Source: Podarcis melisellensis (Eukaryota). Taken from it: DNA of 64,000 bases. A model generated the notes under the pieces. That model saw only the letters and a list, made by a program, of their open reading frames with translations, had not been told where the DNA came from and searched no databases. Where the stretch lies: assembly GCA_964234715.1 (NCBI GenBank), contig OZ174280.1; one strand, given 5' to 3'. The translations under genes and the position numbers were made by a program. Shown here piece by piece: positions 37,901 through 49,724 of the stretch (within the stretch, counting starts at the first letter, position 1; each line of letters begins with the position of its first letter).

Positions 37901-40900
37901 TTATTTGCATAAGCTTTTACCAACATCTTTCTAAAAATACTCACCAGAGAGAATCAAATAATTTCAAAACTGATAAAAAACTGTTTGTAGCCAGAGGGTT
38001 GCAAGAATGATTTTCACTGAGGAGAGAAGAAAAATGGGAAGAGATGAAAGAGATCCTGATTTCACGTTACGTAAAACAAGTAACTAGCCCTCTTGTTTGG
38101 TAGGCCTTGTGACTCTGTATCTCAAAGGAGGACTGGTCCTATGATGTCGCACATGGTTTGTGGCACTTTGGTGCCTAGCTCGGGTGTGATTATATAGCTG
38201 CTGTACCAGGGCACGAGCATAAAATGTTCTTTGGATTTGTGGCTTAGGAAAACTGGAGTGCCTTTGCACCTGATTTTAAGGAACTGGATGAAAATGTAGA
38301 ATATGAAGAGCGAGAGTCTGAGTTTGACATAGAAGATGAAGATAAGAGCGAGCCAGAGCAGACAGGTAAAGAATGCATTGACTGAAATTGCCCAGTGTAA
38401 AAGTATATGGATTGTGTATAGCTTTGCATCCTTATTGTGTAGCATCAGCCCACATTACCCCCTTCCTCTGCCCCCAGAACTGGAGCTGCAAGCAATCTTT
38501 GCCTCTTGGAGCACATCATGGTACAAAATAATACTGAGGTACAAAAAGCACCTCAGTATTATTCTCTCAAACATCATCTCCTGTGTGTGAATGGAGAGTA
38601 AAAAACGCAATAATCAGTGATGCCCTTTCTGGGTCTGTTGATATACCGTAATATAAGCCGCATTTTCTCCCCAAATTCCGACCATGAAAAGTTTAAATGT
38701 GGCTTATATTCACAACTGTACAGTATGCAGCCAGGAGCATGGGGCAAACAGCGCCAGGAGTGTGGCAAAACGGCACCTGCCCCATGCATAGTCCCACGTC
38801 CTCTCCCCCAAAGCTGGAAAGGGAAAGAGCGATGAAGGGGAAAGGCCACTGGCAATGCAGTAAGGCTCCCCCCCCCCCCAGTATGCAGCCAGGAGCAACG
38901 AGGAAGGGAGTGGCTTATATTCGGCTATTTTTTCATTTTTTCTTTCCCTCCCCCCCTCCAATTTTAAAGGTGTGGCTTATATTTGGGTGTGGCTTATATT
39001 CAGGCCAATATGGTATTAGTATTTTTTTGTATCATGTCCACCTCAGGAATATTTTGTATTCAAGGTGTGAGATATAAATTTAACAGTTCTTCTGATTTAA
39101 CACAGTTTGAGCCTTTGAATCTATAGGCCACATATCAAGACCCATTTCATGGTCCGTCTAGTATAAGCGTTAGCAAACTGTTTCTAGTTTTTGCCGCTTC
39201 TACTCCTTATTCTGTGCTGTTTTGGGATCCCAGGTTAGTTATTCCAGTACCCAAACTACCCACTAGGTAACTTTCATTTAGTTTTGTTTCTAGAGAATGC
39301 CTTTGCATCTAAGCTCCCTTTCCAGTGGTGCTGATGTGTCTTCCGTTACTGATGCTTATATTGTCTTCAGTCCTTACTTCCTATACTCGTGGGTTCTTGC
39401 AGTCCAAGGTTCTTGTCTTCTGTTCTTCCCTAGTTATCTGTTGCGTTTTTCAGCCAAGCAAGAATCCTTGTTCCGATTCTTTACTTCCAGACTTTTAGCA
39501 GCCATCTGTTTGATGTCTTCAGAGAGTTGTTATCCTACTGATCAAGGTTCTGTGGGCATTTAAAACTACCGCTGGTGCTTAATGGCTTGTTCACTAACAG
39601 CTGATTTAGCTGCAATCTGGTCTGACACAAACCACAGTCCTGCAGAATTTAAGCAGGTACTTCCTAGTATTTGGAAAAAGGGGACATGATTACTGAAGTC
39701 AGTGCAAAGGCTCACATTCCACTTATTTTCACCTTTACAAGATTTATGTTTTAACAATGTACCTAGGCAAACAAGCTTCAGTAATGAAATGTCATAGCTG
39801 TTGCTAGGGAAACAAGGTTGAATGTAAGGCAATAAAAGCACAGATTTGTGGTGGTGCCAAACAAGATAAGTATACAGCAGGATTTTTTTTAAAAAAAGTC
39901 TGGAGAAGAAAAGAGGCTCACTTCTCATTGCCATTTTTTTCCATTGCCAATTATATTGTAAGAAGTTAGGCATCAGAACAGCATGAGTTTAATTTTGTGA
40001 CATAGGGCTTATTTAGGCATTAGATGAAGCTTGGCAATGAGACCTCTCTGTTGCTGCCAACTTGTGATTTAGAATTTCTTTGGTTATCAGGTGCTGATGC
40101 TGCGGAGGATGAGGAAGTGGACGTCACCAGTGTAGATCCCATTGCTGCTTTTTGTAGCAGGTGAATGTGGCGGCAGCGAGGGTGTTGAAAGACTGCACAC
40201 AATAAATATTTGCTAAAAAGATGTGTTTGTTAGGACTGTCAACTAATTAAAGAAATCTTAGTTAGTTATGGGTTTTAATAGATGAACAGTGCAGTTCTGT
40301 GCAGGCCTACTCTGAAGAAAGTCACCCTGTGTTCAGTAAGATTCTCCCTGGCTAGGCCAATTAGGATTGCAGAGTAAATATGCATATCTTTTCATATGAG
40401 CAAGGCAGAGCCTCCCTATGAACCTGTTTAGGCTCCCCAGGCCTTCCCATTGGGCTGCTGTGTGGTTTGGCTCAAATTATGGCCACCTGACCATCACCTG
40501 ATGTCGCTCGACAGGTAAACTTGGTTCTTTCTTTACAGCTTCTAGTAGAGTTCAGTGTTTCTTGAATTTGGCTCTTTTTTCTGTCATCCTGCAGTGACAG
40601 AAAAAGATGCCAAATTCAAAAAGGGCCCAATTGCATATGTAAAGGAAGAGTTGCTTGGAAGTGCTCCCAGTTCTTCCTTTACAACTCAGCTTGAATTCAA
40701 ACCAGGCTGCAAAGGAAGAACAGGGAGGACATTTCAGATTCTACCTTTGGAGTTGAATCACCTGGCCTCCATATGATTTACAGGTGAGCAGCCCCACCCA
40801 CCAGTCAAAATGACCTGTAGGAGAAGTTCTGCATCTAGTGTGGCCAATGGCCAGGGATAATGGGGGTCACAGTTAGCAAAATCTGAAGGGCCATGGGTTA

Positions 40901-43900
40901 GCCATTCCTGCTGTAGAGTGTGTCTGAATGGCTAATTTTGGAGGTTACTGTAGCTCTTGTTCTGGATAAGAACACAAGAACAAAATTGTGCGTGTGTCTG
41001 TTTTTTCAATCCTATAGCATGAGTTTTGTGTGTTTAATGGGAAAAAATACAATTTCCTTGGCAGCGATGAAGAATTGGAAGACTCCAAAGCTTTGTTGTA
41101 CTTGCCTATTGCTCCTGAAGTGGAAGACCCGGAGGAAAACCCATATGGTCCTCCACCAGATGCAGTGCAGACCGCCTTACCTGATGAAGGAATAGGCTCT
41201 GAGAAGAAGAGGCAGTCCTTGTCTGATGGACCTCAGCCACCAAAGAAGAAACCCAAAACTACCAACATAGAACTGCAGGGAGTACCCAATGATGGTGAGG
41301 GAGAGTTGCTATCATTGCTGCTGTCCAATATCTTCGTAACTTCAGATTATATTAGAACTTAGCAAAAATGGCTGTGAGTGGTAAATAAGTCCTTTCTCAG
41401 CTTGTGCCATTACGATTGAGAGGGTACTTGAACTGCTAGATAAGCTAGAGTTGCCATATTTCAAAAAGTGAAGTGGACACAAAAGTTGAGTTTTTTTGGA
41501 GTTTTGCCCTAAGTTGTTGAGCTTTGCAAAATCTTGAAAAAGAATGAAGTTGTTGAACTATTTTTAAGGGAATTCAGCAAAATCTAGGCTTCCAACATGG
41601 GTTTGCCATGCGTCCAGATCTTCCTGGACATTTCCGCAATTTCCACCTGGACACTGCTTCCAACAGCCACTATATCCAGGAAAATCCAGGCGTATGGCAA
41701 TCCTAATTTAAGCAAGTAAGATCCCTATGTTTCTTGTCCTCTTATATATCATTATCTTACTCACTTGGGGCTAACAGTACTACATCTTTCCTCACGTGCT
41801 TAGATTTTTTTGTCTGGCTACACTCCTCAGTGGGGAGGCATTCCTCCTATCTGTGACCCCTGAATGGAAATTATGGTCTATTAGCTCAAGTACTTGTTTA
41901 GTAATCTGTGGTGTTATACATTTCCTCTAAAGCACCTGGACCAGGTGCTGTCTTGACCTCAGTAGGCCAGTTTATTCTTCGGTTCTATACAACAAACTGC
42001 TGGCAAACTCAACTTAATTCTAACTTCTGGCTCATCCTACTGTCCTAAAATGATTCAGAACCGCTGCTCTCCCTGTCTTATTTCTAAAAAAAGAGGAAAA
42101 TGCCATGAGTCCCCTTTCTTGTGGTATGGCATGAGCCTTCAGAGATCTGCAAAGTACACAGGGCAAGTAAATGCACTGTAAACTGAAAAGATGTACTTCC
42201 TGTTCCAAACCTGCCTCTTCCTTCGCAGAAGTCCATCCGCTTCTGGGTGTGAAAGGAGATGGTAAATCCAAGAAGAAGCAAGCAGGCAGGCCTAAAGGAT
42301 CAAAAGGTAAAGAGAAAGATTCTCCATTTAAACCGAAACTCTACAAAGGGGACAGAGGTTCTTTACCTCTGGAAGGAGCAGCGAAGGGTAAAGTGCAGGC
42401 GGAGCTGGGACAGCCTTTGCCAGGTAAGGACCCAGCGTGAGCGTCTGCTTGCTTGGTGACCTTGCTTCGTACAGACATGGCATAGCCTTAGCACTTTAGC
42501 TCTCCAAACGACATTTGCTTGCTAAGTGTTTTAGCTGCTCTGCTTTCAAGGACAGACAAAATTTTGCTTCTTGGAACAGGACGGTTGCCCTTGTTGCCGC
42601 AAATAACAATAGGCACCCACAACTTGTAGGCACGGCAAGTCAATAATGCGAAGGCTGAGAAAATTAAGACGTGTCATACAGAAATGGCATTAACTTGCGG
42701 GTTCTCCTCCTTGGAGTGCGCATCATTGGCGCCACACAACCCAAATTTGAAGGCTGTTTTGGAGTCCAAAGCAAAGATAAAAAATGATGGGGAGCATGCA
42801 GAGCTAAAATATTGTTGCATGACACTCTTGTGAAATATCTGATGCTGCAAAAAAAGAAAAGATTAAAGGGGAAAAGGGAATAGCTATCCCACAGTAGTAT
42901 TTCTGGTGACTGTGGTTGAGTTTCATTGCCTATGAAAATTTAGTGATGTGTCCATATTACGGATCCATGCTCTGGACAGTTGCTTGCTCGTTGGAAGGTT
43001 GCTACCAAGAGTTTTAAAACTGGCTCTGTGTATTTTATCTAAGCAAGTTCAATAATACTGGCAGTAAGTTGAATGCGAGAGTTCTACATACCGTTACTTC
43101 AGTGCTATGCAGGTGCTCAATGCCCATATTTTACTCCTCTAATTGTGTGTAAATTTGGGAAAGCTGCTTTCTGCCCAGTTTGACAAAGTTCAAGGAGGCA
43201 GGAGAAAGTGGGTTTTGCAAGGAACAGGAAGTGACTTTTGATCATACTTTATATAAAAATTGTTACACGTAATAGGGATTCAGATGTGATATGTATGTGC
43301 AAAATTTTGTATGTCCTTGAAGTTCAGCAGCTATTGCTGTGATTTTTTTTTATAATCTCCAGAACAGCTATTTTTTTAACCCTTTCTTTCCCTCACTGCT
43401 GGTCCTGTGTTACCCAGCTTGCTCGTTGTCCTTCCTGCTCTGCTCCTGTTAAGTTGCTTTTGTAGTATTAATAAATTCATTGAGTTATTGCTTACAAGTG
43501 ATGCAATGAACGAAATGTGGCAGCTTTCCAAAGCAGAAATCTCTTTGCTTTGTTGTTTTCCTGCTAACTTATGTTTGTTCTGTAGCTTCTCAACAAAACT
43601 GTTTTAGTAAGTACTCAGTGGGACAACTTCTTGTAAGACATCCTCTCCCTGCCAAAAGGTACCCTTGAAGTTTTGCAGAAGTGAGATTGAGATCAAATGG
43701 CACCATGCTACACATTTTCTGAAATCTTAAACTATAGTAGGTATATGCAGGAGAGCCACCATATTAAAAAGCATGGGTGGTATCTGACTAAATCATATTT
43801 GAAACAGGCCCATCAAAATGAATGGGCAAGTTAACATTTGCCAGCTTAAGTCCATAGATTTCCATGAGCCTTCTCTGAAGAAGTTCAGATACCATCCATT

Positions 43901-46012
43901 CATTGTTCATGTTTTTGACAATGCAAACATATTACTTGGACAAAGCAGAGTTAGTGGCCAAATCCTTAAAAAAAAAAAAAAACCACACACAATTTTCTAG
44001 ATACGTTTAGAAGTTTGCAACTATGAAGTCTTTGTGACTTTATTAGGGGAGTGTTACAGAACCATGCAAGCTGATGCAGGAATAGATGCCTGCCTATGAG
44101 AGGAGGCAAGAAACCAAGTTAACGGGATGCCTGGTCCAGAAGAACAGTATTCCATCCTTCCTCCTGGTGTGGGCTTACAGTCAAATTGGTGCTTTGGGCT
44201 ATCCTCTGTTAGACTCAAATGCAACTCCTGTATTCAGAAATGTTGACACACTCAAGGCATGAACTGTAGAGCAGGTGCTCTGCTTTTCACAGTCAAGCTC
44301 TAGCCTGTTTTTTGTTGTTAATTAAAAATGCTTAGGAAAATGCTTGTCTTGTCTTCAACAACCTTCTGGGGGAAAATAGGAAGCTACCTTACAGTGCATC
44401 AAACCCTTAGTCCTAGCTCAGCATTGTACTTGCTGACTGGCAGTGGCTGTCCAGGATATTAAGCAGAAGTCCTTTGCAGCCCAACCATGGATTAAACCCA
44501 TGGCTTTTTGCATGTGATCTACCACTGAGTGGTGGTTTTTCACCTATGCAACATGCTTTTCCTTAAGTATAATATTTTGAAGCAGGGGTAGCAAACTGGC
44601 AGCCCACAGGCCTCTGAAATATCTCTCTCTGACTTCCAATAAGCTGTACCAGATTTGAATGAAGGTATGTTTTTCTTTTAAAAAAAGGTTGAAGAAAATA
44701 CTATTTTTAAAACTGTAAGGGAGAAAGAGATCCCTTATTTTAATACTACGTGATCCAAACATAGTCCTTACTGCTAGGTGGCTGCTTTATTATAGAGTCG
44801 TGGCATCCCTACATGGGGTTGAGTTTTGTGGCAAAAATATGCTTCCTCCTTTGGACCATTGCTGGGAGAGTGGCTGTCAAGAAGTCATTTGTTTCATTCG
44901 CTGGTGTTCAGTCAAGACAGTCAGACATAAAAATCTTGATACAGAATGCCTCATCTGCTGACACCCACCTTATTATTAAGTAAAATGTGCCAGAAAAAGT
45001 TCCTTATGGAACTTTCCTGCTTTAGGATTTAAAAGGGTTTGTTTAAGTTAATTCTGTTGGTTTGTGTGGGAAGCCTTGCAGTCCAAGCCACTAAGCATTT
45101 CAGGCATTAGTGTTTGAGGTTCCATTTTGAATTCCAGGCTCCATCTTGGAGGAGACACAAAATGCCTCCTCGCGGCTCATCCCAAACCTAATGATTTTAA
45201 TCACTCAGAAGTGCCATCTATTCCCAGGAGGGATTGAGCTGTTAGGCCCCTCCCTGACTTACTGCTCTATTCCTATTGAGGTTCAAAGCCTTCTTAAACT
45301 CAGGTGCCATGCAGCATATTTATATACAACTATCTTGATTCAGGAAAAGATATAACTGTAAACATGGCTTTATTATCGGTATGTACTTGTAAGTAGCCAT
45401 ATCTAGACTCCATTGTTCAAAAGCACATTTCAACTTGTGCTTTTTAGTCTCTGGAAAATTTGAGCTCAGAAAAGGACCGAACACTGTGCTGCTTCCTTGC
45501 CTTGCACAGAGCACGGATAATAAATTGATACCGAGCTGTAATCATCGCACAGTTCCTGCCTCAACTGCCTGCCTGCTGTCCACATCCTCAATAATCCCTC
45601 CCCTTTTCCCATGCAGAGTTCACAGGCAGCAAGTGTGCTTACTAGCTACAACACAAGTCTATACAACTTCCTTATTCCCTATACTTAAACCAGGTAAGCT
45701 TGCAGAAATCCCAGTGGCAGGGAATTACTGAGTTTCTCAAAGATCTTACCCAGTTCTGACATCCCTTTTTTAAAAACCTTTTTAAAGACTTCTAATCAAA
45801 AGCAGAGAAATGAAGCATCATAACATGTTGGACAAAAGCTTCCCCTTTAACCTCTCTGCGTCATTTGGGAGTGGTCTTGTACAATCCAGCTTCTGGTGCT
45901 GCTGGTATCTGTGAGAGTCCTTTTAAAAATGTTGTTTTTTAATATTCAAAAATATTTGATTTTTGGTTTGGTGTTTCTTTTAGCAGGTGGTGGTATTTCA
46001 GAGCTATTATGA
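28731..46012 (+). CDS. RBBP5: Retinoblastoma-binding protein 5 (WD40 subunit of MLL/SET1 COMPASS), complete 14-exon CDS
   Basis: Exons join to 1620 nt, [19 protein letters not shown]...AGGGISELL* (539 aa). WD40 repeats, acidic hinge and WDR5-binding EEVDVT. Confidence 0.98.
31194..31219 (+). CDS. RBBP5: RBBP5 exon 2 (ESFGQNYPE)
   Basis: tttcag|AA ... GAG|gtaaat; 26 nt. Confidence 0.93.
31568..31740 (+). CDS. RBBP5: RBBP5 exon 3
   Basis: [10 protein letters not shown]...HPVCSL; AG/GT boundaries. Confidence 0.96.
32881..33021 (+). CDS. RBBP5: RBBP5 exon 4
   Basis: [15 protein letters not shown]...YHPRD; AG/GT boundaries. Confidence 0.96.
34076..34238 (+). CDS. RBBP5: RBBP5 exon 5
   Basis: NRVLVCPMK...GNAKGK; AG/GT boundaries. 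Confidence 0.95.
34338..34508. other. Assembly gap (171 N) in RBBP5 intron 5
   Basis: Run of N. Exon phases on either side are compatible, so no coding exon is required inside. Confidence 0.99.
35384..35493 (+). CDS. RBBP5: RBBP5 exon 6
   Basis: ILVLKTDTQ...EFARKG; AG/GT boundaries. Confidence 0.95.
35924..36043 (+). CDS. RBBP5: RBBP5 exon 7
   Basis: [15 protein letters not shown]...QDLVN; AG/GT boundaries. Confidence 0.95.
37478..37631 (+). CDS. RBBP5: RBBP5 exon 8
   Basis: [12 protein letters not shown]...LLDVA; AG/GT boundaries. Confidence 0.95.
37734..37805 (+). CDS. RBBP5: RBBP5 exon 9
   Basis: [24 protein letters not shown]; AG/GT boundaries. Confidence 0.95.
38248..38365 (+). CDS. 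RBBP5: RBBP5 exon 10
   Basis: [27 protein letters not shown]...; AG/GT boundaries. Confidence 0.96.
38646..39013. mobile_element. Non-autonomous Tc1/mariner (pogo-like) DNA element
   Basis: TA|CCGTA...TATGG|TA ends; subterminal ATATAAGCCGC / GGCTTATAT repeats; internal CAGTATGCAGCCAGGAGCA duplication. Confidence 0.65.
40091..40160 (+). CDS. RBBP5: RBBP5 exon 11
   Basis: [22 protein letters not shown]; AG/GT boundaries. Confidence 0.95.
41065..41294 (+). CDS. RBBP5: RBBP5 exon 12
   Basis: [14 protein letters not shown]...PKKKPK...GVPND; AG/GT boundaries. Confidence 0.95.
41446..41705. mobile_element. hAT-like MITE
   Basis: TIRs TAGAGTTGCCATA/TATGGCAATCCTA; degenerate 8-bp TSD AGATAAGC/ATTTAAGC. 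Confidence 0.65.
42229..42423 (+). CDS. RBBP5: RBBP5 exon 13
   Basis: [10 protein letters not shown]...GRPKGSK...ELGQPLP; AG/GT boundaries. Confidence 0.93.
44376..44530 (-). mobile_element. Degenerate tRNA-derived SINE (Squam3-like)
   Basis: Reverse-complement similarity to 25561-25750. Confidence 0.55.
45984..46012 (+). CDS. RBBP5: RBBP5 exon 14 coding part (AGGGISELL*)
   Basis: ttttag|CAG tandem acceptor; TGA at 46010-46012. Confidence 0.9.
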
Positions 46013-47509
46013 AGACTTCCCAACCTTCCTCGCCTTTCCTTATTCAGTCAGATAATGGACTGACTTTAAGCTACTATGGTCAGGACAAGTGACCTGGCTA
46101 CCTATGGATACAGGGGACATTGGAAAAAGAAGAAAATGCAAATTATGGAAGAGGAAAATGCTTTCCCCCAATCCTCTCTTCCTGCTAACAGTGAACAAAC
46201 TGTTGACTCTCAGGAAAGAAGATTTGTAGAGAACCTGATGGAAAGGAACTGCTTGTTGCTGGTTAGTCTGCATTTGCTCCCCAAAGTACAATGAAGTGTG
46301 TCACAGGAAGGGAAGACCTGCTTGCCTCCAAGTTTAAGGTCTTTTCGTTTCTGTTGCATCATTCAGCTCTCAAGAGGATGATTGTCGTGTCTCCATGAAG
46401 ACCCATCATGCTGCTGTGGATCCCAGCACATTCCTATTGCAGTGTTGCTAGTTTAAGCAAACTACTCTTTGCACCATTATTTCCTCTGCGTTATTCACAC
46501 TGGTTTGCATTGACTTGGCAGACATGCTTTTTAAGTACCCTTTATACAGCAAGACAACTTACCTTACAAGTTGCCTGCTTTTGCAGGTTTGGAGCAGACA
46601 TTTGGAATCCAAATGAGTCCAAAGAGGTTTACAACTGATTGGGTACTGATTGCAAGAACCAGGGAGGGCAGAGTGGACGTATGTCTAGAGAGAAAGAAGA
46701 GGGTTGGGATGATGTTGGGCCCAAGTATGAGTGGCACACGTCTCGGCATGTTTCCATGCTGGACTTCTACAGCTCAAGAGACACTCGTTTTCCCTCCACT
46801 TGAGGATGTGCCAGGCAAATGCGTATCTCCCTGGGAATGTTTAGATGAATCTGCACACAAGACATGGGAATATACTGCTTAAGTCATTTATGTTTCTGCT
46901 TTGTGTGCTATCCTAAGCCATCCAGAGATTTCCGTTTTTGGCTGGGCCTGCATTAGAAAAGGTTGCATCCTTCATTTTCATTTCTTGCCATTGCAGTTGT
47001 TTATCCAAACTCTTATCAGTCTCCTAAATCGGGAGATTTATTCCCCCCCCCGCCTCCCCAATCTCCAGAATATACATGAGCATCTTGCAGGAGGTTCAAT
47101 TGGCCCATGGGATGCATTGGGAAATGCAGAGATAAAACTTGCAAACTAACTTCAAAAATATTGATTTGAAGTCCCATATATTTTAGTGTATGATATAATT
47201 TATGCCATTCCCAACCACCAGGTGTTCTGTGCAGCCTTCCGCTGTATAATCCTACTACTTTCAACCTGCCAGTCCATCCAAAGAGGGGAAGGCTGCTTGG
47301 GTAGCAATCACTGCTCTGCATAATATGGTGTCCTGGACTCCAACCAGCTTTTGCAGGTTTCTCTTCTTCAGTGTCCATCGCTTAGTTTTCTTTCAGGCTT
47401 GCTTTAATTATTTTGATATTCCTGTAGCTTGTACAAAACCTGCCAGATAGTGTGATTGGTTGCTAGTTATTCATAAAGTACTGCTGTGATGGTAGCATTT
47501 GTGTTTGTA

Positions 47510-47515
47510 AATAAA
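47510..47515 (+). terminator. Probable RBBP5 poly(A) signal
   Basis: AATAAA about 1.5 kb after the stop, with ATTAAA at 47528 and a U-rich downstream tract. Confidence 0.6.
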
Positions 47516-49392
47516 GAAGTATGTTTTATTAAACCACATGAATCATGTTTTTCCCTTCTCTCTCCACCCCACCCCACCCATTTTTGTGTGTGGAGAGCAG
47601 GTCTTTTAGGAACTTCCATGACCCAGATTTTATTTCAGCTAGTAATAAATTTGTCACCTGCCCTTCACCAGCAGCTCCCAGTATTAATTCAGAATGAGAA
47701 ACAGTTAAAACATGTCACAAGAATAATAAAAATAAATAAATACACACACTATACGCCCTGCAGAGGATTATGATGTTGATGTATTTGCCCTTAGAACCCT
47801 AGGGACAAACCAGCTAGCTTCCTGGTTCAGTATGGTCTTCTTAATATCACCTTTACAATACACTATGCTAGTATGAATGTAATGGTTTGGCATTGCTGGC
47901 ATGATGCTACAGTTGGAACAGCTGGTTTGTGACATCACAAACCAGCTGGTTTGTGACATCACAATTTGATAACTCCACCAGCATCACAGAGGCCTTAATG
48001 ACTGAATGAACACTGAAGAAAAGAGCAGGGTTCAGATCCTTCTCTCTTAATGGTTAGTTTGGAAAAATGGTAAACTGCTTGACTGATGCAGTCCTGATGT
48101 TTCTCATCTACAGTGCTGCAAATTTAAAACTACCTGCAAATTCCAAACTAATCTTTGTAATTTCTTGTAGTTTGGTAGTATTTTCAATTTGAATCCACAA
48201 TGCACAAGTCACTGTTGCGTAAGTATCGCTTCTTGTTTTGCCTGCTTTCCGTGGTACCAGATTTACAAGCGGGTGGGTAGAGCAAGATTATTGGAAGAAG
48301 TTGGGGTTAGTGCAAGGTAGTCATCAAACTCCATCCTGGTTCTGGCATCATACATCTACAATAGTTGAGTCCCCGCCCCCCACATTTATTCAGATGCCCT
48401 CTTCCCCTCCAGGCAGGTCTTCTATAGCGATCTGTGCAGTTGGAGAGCATTTCTTTCCATACTGGCCTCAGCTGGCAGGACTAGAGAGTGATTGAAAAGC
48501 CAGAGCAGTGTGCTAAATGAACGAACTAAGAGTTTTATTCAGTGTATAGCAACGTCATACTTTCCTATGGTTTGTGATGTTCAGAAAACTATAGTAAATT
48601 TCAGACTGGAGACCTCAAATCAAAATTCCAGGGCAGGCCTCTTGTCGGAGTTCACTTCTGCTGAAAGTTTGTTTAGGAATTACAATAATTGTGCTCCTAC
48701 TACTCTTCCTGAAGTACCTTTTACACACATCTATTGTCACAGGTCATAAAATCTATATTGGTAAAGTAGTAACATCGTAACTGGTCCCTGGTTTTGTCTG
48801 TCTTTAAAGCTGGTATGTTAAAATGGAAAACACTGCTGTCATGGCAAGTCTGATGCATATTTTTTTACATTGCCAGAAAACCCAAGTTTAGCTCTGATGG
48901 TCTAATTATGTATTAAGGCAGTAAAGAGATACCAGTTGGGGGATCCAGGAAGTTTTTTTGTTTACTGTTGTGCTGCTTCTGTCTTTTTCTATCATTTTTC
49001 AGAGAAGCACCTGATCTTGAGTGACTCAGTATTGGTTTTGGACTGTGGTGAAAGTACCATAAAGCTGTGAGGCTGCAACCCAATGCATATATTAGCAGAT
49101 GTGAAGTCGCTGTGGCTCTCCAGATGTTTCTGGACTCCAATTCCTGTAAGCCCAGCCGGTAAAACGAAAGATTGGTGATGACAGGAATTATAGTCCAATA
49201 ACAGCTTGGAGGGCTACAGCTGTCCCAGCTCTGGGCTCTAGAATTGCAGCCATAATTAATTTACTAAGTTCTGCTGATTTGTTGATTATGCTAAGCTTTT
49301 TTTATGTGATATGATTGTGCTAGGGAGGCTGTGTCTGCCTGAACATGCCACCCAGAGAATGACTTAACAAAGCATTGCATAGCACAGTGCTA

Positions 49393-49482
49393 CATAGCTG
49401 TTAATGTTTTCCCTTTTTTAAGGGAAATTCCCTTATTCCAAATAGGATTCCTCGCAAGAAAAGGTAAAAGTTGACAGCTATG
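49393..49482. mobile_element. hAT MITE, same family as 28032-28119
   Basis: Same TIRs and core; degenerate TSD CAGTGCTA/CTGTGCTT. Confidence 0.85.
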
Positions 49483-49724
49483 CTGTGCTTCTGATTGCAC
49501 CTTCCTGCTTAACTTGGCTCACCTTTTGAATAAGTTTCTTTCCCTTGGCAGGATGCCACCTGGCTGCTTTTTGTATTCCGAGAATGTCTTACGGCTGGGG
49601 AGCGGGTTCAGGAAAAGGCATCCGTTTCACACCACAGAAACATTTATGATATTTTAACAAAGGATGATATTCAGGAGGTCATATAATGAGGCCGCCCAAT
49701 GGATTGTAAAAGGACTCTCCAAGT

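Noticed and set aside
43990-44100. Additional AG acceptors in the last RBBP5 intron giving short tails ([25 protein letters not shown])
   Set aside because: Weak pyrimidine tracts and no adjacent canonical poly(A) signal; not distinguishable from chance.
46076-46294. 72-aa ORF just after the RBBP5 stop
   Set aside because: Lies in the 3' UTR, no recognisable homology, length compatible with chance.
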